DNA of 37,945 nucleotides from an uncultured Cytophagia bacterium (GTDB taxonomy: Bacteria > Zhuqueibacterota > Zhuqueibacteria > Residuimicrobiales > Oceaniaggregativiventaceae), in NCBI GenBank assembly GCA_964400115.1, contig CAYNUX010000001.1, forward strand, positions 2,481 through 40,425. The letters run 5' to 3'. Position 1 is the stretch's first letter, and every line of letters starts with the position of its first letter. Shown piece after piece: positions 24,788 through 34,508 of this stretch. A model generated the notes under the pieces. The model did no database searches. It was not told the origin of the DNA and saw nothing but the letters and a program-made list of their open reading frames with translations. A program made the translations under genes and the position numbers.

Positions 24788-27646
24788 ATGACCTTACATA
24801 AAAGATTGGCAACAATATTACCGAACAGCCGAATCCTTTCGAGGCCCATCGATCTTTACAGCTATGCGCGCGATGCAAGTTTTTATCGGCTCATCCCCCG
24901 AGTCATTGTGCAACCTCGAGACACGATCGAAATCAAAAAACTGTTGCATTTTTGTCAAAAAACGGGCACTCCGATGACCTTTCGTGCTGCCGGAACATCG
25001 TTATCAGGTCAGTCGCTTTCAGATTCGATTCTTGTCGAGATCAACCAGTTTTGGAAAGACTATGAGATCAGTGAGGATGCCAGCAGCATAACCCTGGAAC
25101 CCGGAATAGTGGGTGCAAAAGTAAATGCTGTACTCAAACCCTTTAAACGTATTATCGGTCCTGACCCCGCATCAATTAACGCGTGTTTTATCGGCGGCAT
25201 TGTGGCAAATAATGCCAGTGGCATGAGCTCCGGCGTCACACTGAACTCGAACAATACTTTGCTTGCAATGCAAGTTATACTTGTGAACGGCGTAGAACTG
25301 GATTCGAGTTTGCCGGATGCGAACGAACAATTCAAACACAAAGCACCCAAACTGTATAATGGATTGCTCAAGATTCGTGAACGAATTCTCAAAGACAAAG
25401 CCTTGACGCAAAAAATTCGAGATAAATTCAGTCGCAAAAACACCACAGGATATGCTTTGGATGCATTTGTTTCCTATGAAAACCCCATCGACATTCTCGT
25501 TCATTTAATGATCGGCTCTGAAGGCACTTTGGGCTTTATATCCAAAGTGACTCTGCGCACTTTACCCGATCAACCCTTCAAATCTGCAGCCTTACTCCTG
25601 TTCAAGAATATGGCGGCCGCCACTGACGCTGTTTTTCAACTCAAAGAAACCAAGGCTCAAGCTCTGGAAATCATGGATCGTTCAGCGCTGCGCTCTGTTC
25701 AGGACCAGGCTGGCATGCCAAAAGAGTTGCGTACCCTCCCGGCTACGGCAACGGCGTTGCTATGCGAGTACCAAGCTGAAACCCCGGAAGAACTGGATGA
25801 CAAAGTCAATCAGGGAAGAGAAACCCTTAAAGAATTAGACCTGTTGTATGACGCAGATTTTACGCAACAAGAGTCCCGACGGTTACTCTACTGGAAAGTC
25901 AGAAAAGGCCTGCTGCCCTCAGCAGGTGCCATGCGACAAAAAGGCACGACTGTCCTGATTGAAGATGTGGGATTCAGGCTGAAAGATCTGACACCCGCCA
26001 TCCTCGATTTGCAGGAATTATTTAAAAAGCACGAATACGATGATGCCGTTATTTTTGGCCACACTGAAGCAGGAAACATCCATTTCATCATCTCGCCGAA
26101 TCTTGCCGATAAAGAGGGCCTCGCGAAATACAAACGTTTTATGGATGATGTTGTTGATCTAACAGTCAACAAATATGACGGTGCTTTAAAAACCGAACAT
26201 GGCACAGGCCGAAATATGGCCCCCTTTGTCAAGGTCGAATGGGGTGAAAAGGCCTATGACATTATGAAAGAGATTAAAACACTTTTTGATCCGCAAAACA
26301 ACCTGAACCCAGGCGTGATCATCAATAACGATCCCGAATGCCATATTAAAAATGTCAAAAAAAGTCCGGTTGTCCATGACGAGGTCGATAAATGTATTGA
26401 ATGTGGGTTTTGTGAGGTCTGGTGCCCCTCAAAAGATTTGACCACCACACCGCGACGAAGAATTGCAGCATTGAGAGAAATTGCGCTTTTGAATGAGGGA
26501 AGCTCCAAAGACAGAAAACTGGCAAATCAAGTGCGCAAAGATTATACTTATGAGGCCGTCGACACCTGTGCTGTTGACGGATTGTGTGCTTTGGGGTGTC
26601 CCGTCGACATCGATACGGGCAATCTAACACGCTTTTTTCGAGAACAAGCCCATTCACCATTCTCATTGTGGGTTGCTCAATGGACAGTGAATCATTTCGG
26701 GTTTGTTGTAAAGAGCTTGAGCGCAGGACTAAAGATTGCCGGAGGGATTTCCGCAATTATTAGGCCCGAAAACATGAACACAATTCTAAACCGGATTCAC
26801 AAGATTTCAAAGGGTAAAATACCTGCCTGGAACAAATACATGCCGACCGGGGCTCAAAAATTGCCCAGGCCGGAACAGGTGGCCGATGCAACGGAATCTA
26901 TAATCTATTTCCCTTCTTGCCTGAGCAGAGGGATGGGCACTATACCAGAAGAAAAATTCACAGAGTCTGTGCCGCAGGCCATGCTGGAATTGTCCCAAAA
27001 AGCCAGGGTTCAAATCATTTTTCCCAAACAAATCGATGATTTGTGTTGTGGTACACCTTATTCATCAAAAGGTTTTTCTTCTGCATATATGAATATGGCT
27101 GAACGCGTGATAAACAGCCTCTACGAAACCAGCCAGGAAGGAGAGATACCTGTTGTCATTGATACCTCCCCCTGCAGTTATAAGATAAAGCATTATGATG
27201 ATGTATTGACAGGTGAAAATCTGGTAAAATGGAAGAAAATGCAAATTCTTGATATTGTAGAATATTTGCATGATCATCTTTTGTTTAAACTAATGTTAAA
27301 ACCCTTAAAAGGTAAAGCTATCCTCCACCCTACCTGTTCGAATATTAAAATGGATCTGGAGGAAAAAATGCAAGCTACTGCAAAAGCGTGTTGTGAAGAA
27401 GCAGAGATACCCCCAGAGAGAGGATGCTGTGGCTTTGCTGGTGATCGTGGATTTTTAATACCGGAATTGACACAGTCAGCAACGATAAAAGAAGCCATGG
27501 TTGTCAGGCAACAAGACGCCGGAATAGGACATTATTCGACCAGCAGAACGTGTGAAATCGGAATGTCCTCTGGAACACAATTGCCTTATTCATCGATTAT
27601 ACATCTGCTCAAACAAGCATCTGATTTGAAAGAAAAAAATGAATAA
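24788..27646 (+). CDS. FAD-linked oxidase fused to 4Fe-4S and CCG (cysteine-rich) domains; D-lactate dehydrogenase / YdiJ-like
   Basis: FAD_binding_4 region (RAAGTSLSGQS), HGTGR motif, CIECGFCEVWCP ferredoxin motif and two C-terminal CCG-type Cys clusters. 952 aa. Confidence 0.8.
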   Translation: MTLHKRLATILPNSRILSRPIDLYSYARDASFYRLIPRVIVQPRDTIEIKKLLHFCQKTGTPMTFRAAGTSLSGQSLSDSILVEINQFWKDYEISEDASSITLEPGIVGAKVNAVLKPFKRIIGPDPASINACFIGGIVANNASGMSSGVTLNSNNTLLAMQVILVNGVELDSSLPDANEQFKHKAPKLYNGLLKIRERILKDKALTQKIRDKFSRKNTTGYALDAFVSYENPIDILVHLMIGSEGTLGFISKVTLRTLPDQPFKSAALLLFKNMAAATDAVFQLKETKAQALEIMDRSALRSVQDQAGMPKELRTLPATATALLCEYQAETPEELDDKVNQGRETLKELDLLYDADFTQQESRRLLYWKVRKGLLPSAGAMRQKGTTVLIEDVGFRLKDLTPAILDLQELFKKHEYDDAVIFGHTEAGNIHFIISPNLADKEGLAKYKRFMDDVVDLTVNKYDGALKTEHGTGRNMAPFVKVEWGEKAYDIMKEIKTLFDPQNNLNPGVIINNDPECHIKNVKKSPVVHDEVDKCIECGFCEVWCPSKDLTTTPRRRIAALREIALLNEGSSKDRKLANQVRKDYTYEAVDTCAVDGLCALGCPVDIDTGNLTRFFREQAHSPFSLWVAQWTVNHFGFVVKSLSAGLKIAGGISAIIRPENMNTILNRIHKISKGKIPAWNKYMPTGAQKLPRPEQVADATESIIYFPSCLSRGMGTIPEEKFTESVPQAMLELSQKARVQIIFPKQIDDLCCGTPYSSKGFSSAYMNMAERVINSLYETSQEGEIPVVIDTSPCSYKIKHYDDVLTGENLVKWKKMQILDIVEYLHDHLLFKLMLKPLKGKAILHPTCSNIKMDLEEKMQATAKACCEEAEIPPERGCCGFAGDRGFLIPELTQSATIKEAMVVRQQDAGIGHYSTSRTCEIGMSSGTQLPYSSIIHLLKQASDLKEKNE

Positions 27647-28304
27647 TCTAGATAATGACATAAAAATCTACGAGCACCTTCCGGTCAATACTAAAGAGGC
27701 ATTTACCCGTTCCCACAAACTTTTGCTGGATGATGAGCTCGAACGGGTTATGCAAATGGCAAACTCTGTTAGCGTCAAAGCCATGGTCAGAGAATTGCAT
27801 GAATGGAATGTAAACGACTCGACCATTGAAATTTTGGAACAATCTTTTCAAAGTGAAATCTTGGCGAATCTCCTTTCCCAGGTCCAAATAAGCTTTGCCG
27901 TTCTTGTCAGCTGTCAGGCCCCTCTGGAGAAACCCTTTGATGATGATGATCTCTTGAATTATTTATGGGATCAGGTGCTCGAACAGATGCTTCAGCAAGG
28001 GGTAAAAATATTGCGAAAAGAGATCGATTCAATACAAAAATATCCATACTTGAATTTGATGAGCCCGGGAACGGGTGAAGCATGGGTATGGCCCATCGAA
28101 CAACAGAAGCAGTTGTTCAAAATCCTCAAATATTCTCACCGTATTGGAGTGAAACTGAATGATTATGGGCTCATGATACCGCGCAAAACATTATCGGGTT
28201 TATTCATTCCGGGTGATCGTGCCTTTATTGCATGCGATTATTGTTATCGGGAACAGTGTCCTTCGCGCCGTAAGAGAGATAACTGTATCATTTCTCATTA
28301 TTAG
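27639..28304 (+). CDS. methionine-synthase-activation-domain-like protein with a Cys-rich tail (tentative)
   Basis: SPGTGEAWVWPIEQQKQLFKIL...GVKLNDYGLMIPRKTLSGLFIPG resembles PF02965-type domains. C-terminal ACDYCYREQCPSRRKRDNC. Overlaps the upstream stop by 8 nt. Confidence 0.4.
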   Translation: MNNLDNDIKIYEHLPVNTKEAFTRSHKLLLDDELERVMQMANSVSVKAMVRELHEWNVNDSTIEILEQSFQSEILANLLSQVQISFAVLVSCQAPLEKPFDDDDLLNYLWDQVLEQMLQQGVKILRKEIDSIQKYPYLNLMSPGTGEAWVWPIEQQKQLFKILKYSHRIGVKLNDYGLMIPRKTLSGLFIPGDRAFIACDYCYREQCPSRRKRDNCIISHY

Positions 28305-28317
28305 GAAAAAACACAGA

Positions 28318-28350
28318 GGGCCATCTCTTTTTTTAAGAGATGGTCCTTTT
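28318..28350. terminator. bidirectional hairpin between convergent genes
   Basis: gggccatctc / gagatggtcc arms (one mismatch) around a T-rich loop, with T-tracts on both strands. Confidence 0.55.
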
Positions 28351-28353
28351 AAA

Positions 28354-30594
28354 TTAACCTTTGAGCATGGTAATAGCGCCTCGCAAGAGACGCACCATTT
28401 GATCGATGATGGCTTCTGAAGCGGAGAGCATATTGAAATAAAGCATACTCTGCCTGGTTTTTGATTCTTTTTTCTTGATTCGTTTAATTTGATTCTTGTC
28501 CAGTTTATAAAAATCAATGTCCAGTTTGTTTTCAGAGGCGATCAATCGATCGAGGGATTTGCCATCGCCATCTTGAAGTGCTTTTCGTGAATCTTTGAGA
28601 AAGACCAACAGTTTGGTCTTTACCTCATTGAGCTCTTTTTTCTGAATGTCTACCAGGCCTTTGTGATTATTGTTGATATGACTATAGCAAGAATCCGCGA
28701 GCTCAAAAACCGTGCGCCCTGTTTCCTGAAGGGCACTCACCGTTTGCGCGACTTTGGGATGAAGCTCATCAGCAGGTTCTGAAAGCGGCATGGTGGTGGT
28801 GTTCAGGAGAACAGACACGAGATCCTTGGCTTTCTGTCTGCTTTCCCTGGCTTGCTTGCGTGCTTTTTTCAAGCCCTTTCGATCCTCCGCAAAAATCGAA
28901 GAAAAGATGTTTTCCAATGTCACCATCAAATGATCTACATATTCGATCAAACCTCTGTTAATTCCGAAATAAGCTTCCTCTGCGGTTTTGGCCTTTGTTA
29001 TCTGGGAGATATAAGTCAATTTTTCTTTTTTCTCTTGACCGCTGTGATAAGCATGTGTTCTGTAAAGAAAGAAAACAGCGAGCAAGACCAACCCTACCAT
29101 GGCCGGCCAGTGGAACAAATAAATAAGAGTGGCAAAAATACAGGAAACCGTAAAAGCCATAAATGCCGTAAAGAACCACCCGCCAATAACCGTCAAAACT
29201 CCGGTTATACGGTACACCGCTGATTCACTTCCCCATGCTCGGTCAGACAACGAGGACCCCATAGAGACCATAAAGGTCACATAGGTTGTGGACAAGGGGA
29301 GTTTCAATGAAGTCCCTACTGAAATCAGGGCACTGGCAACAAACATATTCACAGAAGCGCGTAAAAGATCGAATGATTGCTGGCTGGATGTGTCAGCATC
29401 CTCGTACTTGCTATACTTGGATTGATCGAATCGGGAATTTATTTTTTCTCGCCAGGATTTTGGCACCACTTTATTGTATCCCTCTCCCAGGGACATGACC
29501 ATTCTTACAAGCACACGGGATAGCATCGTAGATTCGAATCGTTCAGATCCCTCGTCCTGACGACCGAGACTCAACTCGGTTTTCGAAACCGTACGTGCTT
29601 TGCGAGAGAGCAAAAGGGTAATAACCATGATGATACCGGCAATCAGCAATATCCCTGTTTTGCCTTGCACAGGCGCACGCATGGCCTCCATGGTGGCTTC
29701 CAGCGGATTGGCTTGATTTCCCGCCAGGTTGTATGCAGAAAACCCGGCAAGAGGAACACCGATAAAATTGACCAGATCATTTGCTGCAAAGGCCATGGCC
29801 AAGGCTCCACAGCCTATCAATACAATAATTTTGAGAATATGCACTCGTGTGAACAATAACAGGGCTTGCAAGACAAGGGTCCAAAGGGTGAAATTTAAAA
29901 ACAAAATCAAACCTGTGTGAGTTTGAATCCACTCGAGGACTTCCGGTGTAATAATAGAGGCTCCTTTGGATCCTTTTATCAGGATAAAATAGGTAATGGC
30001 AGTGAGTGCAAAGCCGCCCCAAACTCCGCCGTATCGTTTCAAACGATTTTTAAAGTCAAACGTAAAAATAGACCGGGAGATCAATTGAACAATAGCCCCT
30101 GTAATAAATGCAATGATCACCGAAGCGAGTATTCCGCTTATGATGGCCAGCGCTTTGGCGGTATTGATATAATTTATCAATTCTCCGGCACCAAGGCCCG
30201 CGGCATGTATTTTGAGCAAAGATACAGCGACAGCAGCTCCTAAAAGTTCAAAAACGATGGAAACAGTGGTCGAGGTAGGTAGTCCAAAAGTGTTATAGAG
30301 ATCAAGAAGAATGACATCCGTGAGCATGACTGCCAGAAAAATGATCAACAATTCCGGCATGATAAAATTTTCAGGGTTAAAGATACCTTTTCGTGCCACT
30401 TCCATCATCCCGCTTGAAAAGGTAACGCCGAGCAACATGCCGATACTGGCAATGATCATGATCACCCATCGCGGTGCTACCTTTGAACCGATTGCCGAAT
30501 TCAAAAAGTTCACCGCATCATTGCTCACCCCCACCACCAGATCAGAAATCGCCAGAATCGCTAAAACAATAACGATTCCTAGATATAGTTCCAT
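28354..30594 (-). CDS. PiT-family inorganic phosphate transporter fused to a C-terminal PhoU-like cytoplasmic domain
   Basis: GVSNDAVNFLNSAIGS and ANDLVNFIGVP are PHO4/PiT repeat motifs. Many TM segments. A roughly 230-aa helical charged tail follows. I prefer the start at ATG 30594 (MELYLGIVIV...). Confidence 0.75.
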   Translation of the reverse strand: MELYLGIVIVLAILAISDLVVGVSNDAVNFLNSAIGSKVAPRWVIMIIASIGMLLGVTFSSGMMEVARKGIFNPENFIMPELLIIFLAVMLTDVILLDLYNTFGLPTSTTVSIVFELLGAAVAVSLLKIHAAGLGAGELINYINTAKALAIISGILASVIIAFITGAIVQLISRSIFTFDFKNRLKRYGGVWGGFALTAITYFILIKGSKGASIITPEVLEWIQTHTGLILFLNFTLWTLVLQALLLFTRVHILKIIVLIGCGALAMAFAANDLVNFIGVPLAGFSAYNLAGNQANPLEATMEAMRAPVQGKTGILLIAGIIMVITLLLSRKARTVSKTELSLGRQDEGSERFESTMLSRVLVRMVMSLGEGYNKVVPKSWREKINSRFDQSKYSKYEDADTSSQQSFDLLRASVNMFVASALISVGTSLKLPLSTTYVTFMVSMGSSLSDRAWGSESAVYRITGVLTVIGGWFFTAFMAFTVSCIFATLIYLFHWPAMVGLVLLAVFFLYRTHAYHSGQEKKEKLTYISQITKAKTAEEAYFGINRGLIEYVDHLMVTLENIFSSIFAEDRKGLKKARKQARESRQKAKDLVSVLLNTTTMPLSEPADELHPKVAQTVSALQETGRTVFELADSCYSHINNNHKGLVDIQKKELNEVKTKLLVFLKDSRKALQDGDGKSLDRLIASENKLDIDFYKLDKNQIKRIKKKESKTRQSMLYFNMLSASEAIIDQMVRLLRGAITMLKG

Positions 30595-30692
30595 GTCAAA
30601 ATCCCATCCTACATTAGACCAAATTAGAGAAAAGGTAACTGTTTTTTGGATGCCATTCAACAATTATCTGGCATTTCAATGTTAAGAAATTG

Positions 30693-31292
30693 TTAAGATA
30701 TTTCTTCGGCATCTCCTATCTCTATCGGCAGAGCAAAAACCTGCTGGAAAAAATCACGTTTTTTCATAAAACCATATTGTTCAGATGCACTATTCCCCAC
30801 CACCAATAGATTGATGACCACTTTATCATAATCGATCTCGCAGCTAATAGAACGAACAATTTGAGCATGAGATCTATCCAAACCATCGGCAAGCCTTAAC
30901 AGGGATGCCAGTGCTTGAACCACTTTTTGCTGACCCGAATCCAGATCATTATAATAATCATGGCCGGCTTGGGGAAGAGCTTTACGATGATAGCGGGCAA
31001 TATTGGCTATCATTAACTGTTCGGCCTGACTCCACGGCGGCAAGGGCTTGTCCAATATCATTATCATGGAAGTTTTGTGATGCTTTTTGCCACCCTTGAG
31101 CCAGCCGATATCATGTAATAGCGCTGCTGCTTTCAAGAGTTCTCTTTCCTCTAAAGAGAGCTGATGCAGGGGTGTCATTGCATCATATAATTGCAGTGCC
31201 AATCGCGTGACATGCTCTGCGTGTTCAGGTTCCGGATCTTTCGCATAGAGCAATTCGTACACTGATTTAAACCTCGTTCGGCTTTCGCTCAT
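30693..31292 (-). CDS. HD-domain protein corresponding to the C-terminal module of long Ppx/GppA enzymes
   Basis: H...LLHDIGW...HH motif. ATGA overlap with the upstream Ppx/GppA gene. Confidence 0.65.
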   Translation of the reverse strand: MSESRTRFKSVYELLYAKDPEPEHAEHVTRLALQLYDAMTPLHQLSLEERELLKAAALLHDIGWLKGGKKHHKTSMIMILDKPLPPWSQAEQLMIANIARYHRKALPQAGHDYYNDLDSGQQKVVQALASLLRLADGLDRSHAQIVRSISCEIDYDKVVINLLVVGNSASEQYGFMKKRDFFQQVFALPIEIGDAEEIS

Positions 31293-32173
31293 AACAATAT
31301 CCCATATAATAAATCGCGCAGGCTCACAATCGATACAGGGTCTCCGAACTCCTCAAGCAGAACATTTAATACGAGCCCCCCGGCAAGGATCACCTCGGCA
31401 CGCTTTGGGGGTAAGCCAAGCCACGCTTGTTTTCTTTCTTTGATTGTTTGATTCCCCAATCGAAACAAAAGATCATCCAGTTCTGGCCTGATAATTCGTT
31501 TATGATGAACCTTGTGAGCATTTTCGAGTGAAATTCCATGCATCATCATCGCACAAGTCGTTGCAGAACCGCCAACAAAAACCGCGACAGACGGTCTTTT
31601 GCGGGGGATTTTTAATCGTTGTCTGATATACGCCCGACAAGCATGAATTTCATTTTCAAGCACAGGATCATGGTGGAAAAACTGCCTTGTCAGACGGCTG
31701 CTTCCGACATCGGCACTTTTTCTGGAATCGATATGATTGAAAGTGCCAGTAATGATCTCTGTACTTCCTCCTCCAATGTCGCATACCAGAATCGAAGTTG
31801 ATATCGAAAGATCACTTGTCGCTCCAAAGTATGATAGATTGGCCTCCTGATCCCCGCTTAGCACCCGGCAGTTTAAACCCAATTCATGAATTTTTGACAA
31901 GAATTCATGCCGATTTCTGGCATCACGCGTTGCGCTCGTTGCCATCACATGAATATCTGTAACATTCCACTGTTCACACCTCTGTTTATATATCAAGAGT
32001 GTTTGAATGACCCGATTCATCGCATCGTACGAAAGGAAAGAATGTTCATCTAATCCCATCCCCAATTGAGTCATCACTTGCTCAGTATACAAAGGAACGA
32101 GAGATCCATTTTGTTTTTGGACGATTAAAAGACGAGTCGAATTGGTTCCGATATCGATGGAGGCAATGTTCAT
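31289..32173 (-). CDS. ppx: Ppx/GppA-family phosphatase (exopolyphosphatase / pppGpp phosphohydrolase, ASKHA fold)
   Basis: IASIDIGTNSTRLLIV and DIGGGSTE motifs. I chose ATG 32173; a TTG at 32200 is an alternative start. Confidence 0.75.
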   Translation of the reverse strand: MNIASIDIGTNSTRLLIVQKQNGSLVPLYTEQVMTQLGMGLDEHSFLSYDAMNRVIQTLLIYKQRCEQWNVTDIHVMATSATRDARNRHEFLSKIHELGLNCRVLSGDQEANLSYFGATSDLSISTSILVCDIGGGSTEIITGTFNHIDSRKSADVGSSRLTRQFFHHDPVLENEIHACRAYIRQRLKIPRKRPSVAVFVGGSATTCAMMMHGISLENAHKVHHKRIIRPELDDLLFRLGNQTIKERKQAWLGLPPKRAEVILAGGLVLNVLLEEFGDPVSIVSLRDLLYGILL

Positions 32174-32187
32174 GTTTTTAGGTCTAA

Positions 32188-33021
32188 TTATTCCTTCCAA
32201 ACTCTTTGCCGAAAAGTGACCAAATATTCAACTCCCTTGGAGATATCCCTGATTTGCTGTTCTCCAACAATTTCCCGTTCAATCGTCAGAGGTCCACAAT
32301 AACCGGCGCTCAATAAACGGGTAAAGAATTCCATAAACTTTACATCACCCTGCCCCAGAGGGACTTCAAGACCCCATTCTTCTCCAGGTTGTTCGGCCCA
32401 CTTGGCATCTTTACAGTGTACACCTTGCACATATTTACCCAAATGAGTCAGTGCCTTTATAGGATCTCCGGATCCATATAAAATCATATTGGCCGGATCA
32501 AAATTAATAGCCAGATTCGGCATATTAACATCCTCGATGAATTGCACCAAGATGCGGGCTTTTTCTTGTCCGGTTTCCAGCAATAAATCTTGCCCCAGAG
32601 ACTGGCAATGCTCGGCCAATTCTTTAGCAACATCAACAACCGACTGATAATCGGCTTTATGAGGCTCGGGTATAAACCCCATATGTAAAGCCGTCTTTGA
32701 AACATTCAAATCCTGAGCAAAATCGGCAATCCGCTTTGCCTGGTCCAGGCGTTCTGTTCGGGTCTCTTTGGGAACCAAACCAACACTTTTTTTCACAGTG
32801 GGGATATCCGCATAACTCTCCCCTTCAAATCCGCAAAAAACTACCGTGATATCGATATTGGCATCTCTAAAAGATTTTTTTATAAAATCGATATCGCGCT
32901 CGGATGCCGGAGGAGCCAGAATCTGGGCAGTAGGGATATTGAGGTCCTTTGCAGCTTTTAATCGATTTGGCCATTCCTGGTCCATGGCAATAAACAAGCC
33001 CAGAGGATGCTTACAACGCAT
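32188..33021 (-). CDS. sugar phosphate isomerase/epimerase (xylose-isomerase-like TIM barrel)
   Basis: Length and the pattern ...LHMGF..., LLLETG, INFDPANM and H.KD are typical of the AP_endonuc_2 family. Confidence 0.65.
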   Translation of the reverse strand: MRCKHPLGLFIAMDQEWPNRLKAAKDLNIPTAQILAPPASERDIDFIKKSFRDANIDITVVFCGFEGESYADIPTVKKSVGLVPKETRTERLDQAKRIADFAQDLNVSKTALHMGFIPEPHKADYQSVVDVAKELAEHCQSLGQDLLLETGQEKARILVQFIEDVNMPNLAINFDPANMILYGSGDPIKALTHLGKYVQGVHCKDAKWAEQPGEEWGLEVPLGQGDVKFMEFFTRLLSAGYCGPLTIEREIVGEQQIRDISKGVEYLVTFRQRVWKE

Positions 33022-33264
33022 AAATACTCCTTTTGATAAAATTTCAAGTTATGTCTGATCTAAAAGAATTGTGTTTCATCAAAAAACTGTATGCATATTC
33101 TAAAAATTATTGTAGTTTAGATAACCCATCTGTTTCATGACAAAGAGCAGTAAAAACTCTTAAATAAAATATAACAGGTTGAGATGGTTTAAGCAAGAAT
33201 AAAGCCCATTTTCACAAGAATTCTTGTGCTTTTGACAGATTATCTAAAGAGATCGTTAAGGAGA

Positions 33265-34272
33265 ATGACCTTGCTAAAAAAGCATTCAAAAATAGTCATC
33301 GGACTTTTTATCAGTGCCATTTTTATGTATCTCGCCCTGCGCAAAGTCGATTATGAACAGATGGTGCAAGCTTTTAAAAAGGCTGATTATTGGATGATTT
33401 TGCCCGGACTCGCACTTTTGTTTTTCAGTCACTGGCTGAGGTCTGTTCGTTGGAGATTTCTCCTTAATCCTGTTTCGCGCCCGCCGGTTTCGACTTTATA
33501 CTCGGCATTACTTATCGGATATATGGCGAATACGTTTCTACCAGCCCACCTGGGTGAATTTTTACGGGCCATTGTCGTGGGCAAAAAACACGAGGTATCA
33601 GGTTCTGCTGTCTTTGGTACCATTGTCATGGAGCGCATAATCGATGTCATCACTTTGTTTTTACTGCTGGCCTTTACCATGATCGTATTTCCATTTCCTG
33701 CCTGGGTAGAAAAAAGCGGTTATATCAGTCTATTTGGAGTGCTGGGGTTATTTTCCATACTATTGGGATTAAAAATACAGCGGCAACGTACCACCCAAAT
33801 GATCAATCGAATAACAGGCTTTGTGCCTCAAAAATGGAGAGAAAAATTTTTCATAACCATGGACTCTTTCCTAAACGGGATTACCCCCTTACAGCGCAAG
33901 CGTGATTATATTTTGGTAACCGTTCTGTCTTTGATTATCTGGGCTTGTTATGGCATTATCTTTCAAATTTTCTTTTATGCCTTTGATTTTGTTGTCAATT
34001 ACGATTTGCCATGGATTACTGCGTGGGTGCTGCTGGTCATCACCACTTTTGCCATTCTCGTTCCGTCTTCACCGGGTTATGTAGGCACGTATCACTATTT
34101 ATGCGCACTGGCATTGGGTCTATTTGGCGTACCCAATAGCCCGGCCCTTTCTTTTGCCTTTGTTCTGCATGGAATTAACTTTATTCCCATACTTTTTGTG
34201 GGGCTGGTTTTATTTTCCATAGAGGGACTTGATCTAAAAAAAGCACGGGAAAAGAACTTGTCCGCTTTATGA
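33265..34272 (+). CDS. flippase-like membrane protein (UPF0104 / lysyl-PG synthase TM-region family)
   Basis: About 8 TM segments and the LRSVRWRFLL motif. Start is uncertain: ATG 33265, or GTG 33226 as in the ORF track. Confidence 0.6.
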   Translation: MTLLKKHSKIVIGLFISAIFMYLALRKVDYEQMVQAFKKADYWMILPGLALLFFSHWLRSVRWRFLLNPVSRPPVSTLYSALLIGYMANTFLPAHLGEFLRAIVVGKKHEVSGSAVFGTIVMERIIDVITLFLLLAFTMIVFPFPAWVEKSGYISLFGVLGLFSILLGLKIQRQRTTQMINRITGFVPQKWREKFFITMDSFLNGITPLQRKRDYILVTVLSLIIWACYGIIFQIFFYAFDFVVNYDLPWITAWVLLVITTFAILVPSSPGYVGTYHYLCALALGLFGVPNSPALSFAFVLHGINFIPILFVGLVLFSIEGLDLKKAREKNLSAL

Positions 34273-34423
34273 CCCATTTTCGCCTGCTGAGAGCTAACCG
34301 CCACAACATTGTGGCATGAGCGAAACAACCTTTGATTTTACGAATCATTTCTCGCCAGACCCCACCCCCCAAAAACCAAAATAAACAAACACATAACCCT
34401 CACAAAACCCCATTCCACATTTC

Positions 34424-34438
34424 AGGCACAATTGTTGC
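34424..34438 (+). promoter_or_regulatory. candidate sigma-54 (-24/-12) promoter upstream of the third activator gene
   Basis: AGGCACAATTGTTGC is GGCAC-N5-TTGC with exact GG-N10-GC spacing, about 70 nt upstream of ATG 34509. Confidence 0.55.
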
Positions 34439-34508
34439 GCTGATTCAATCGAGAAACGCTACCATTACCAATCTGTAACTCTGAAAACTCACACCTGTAA
34501 ACAAGGGA

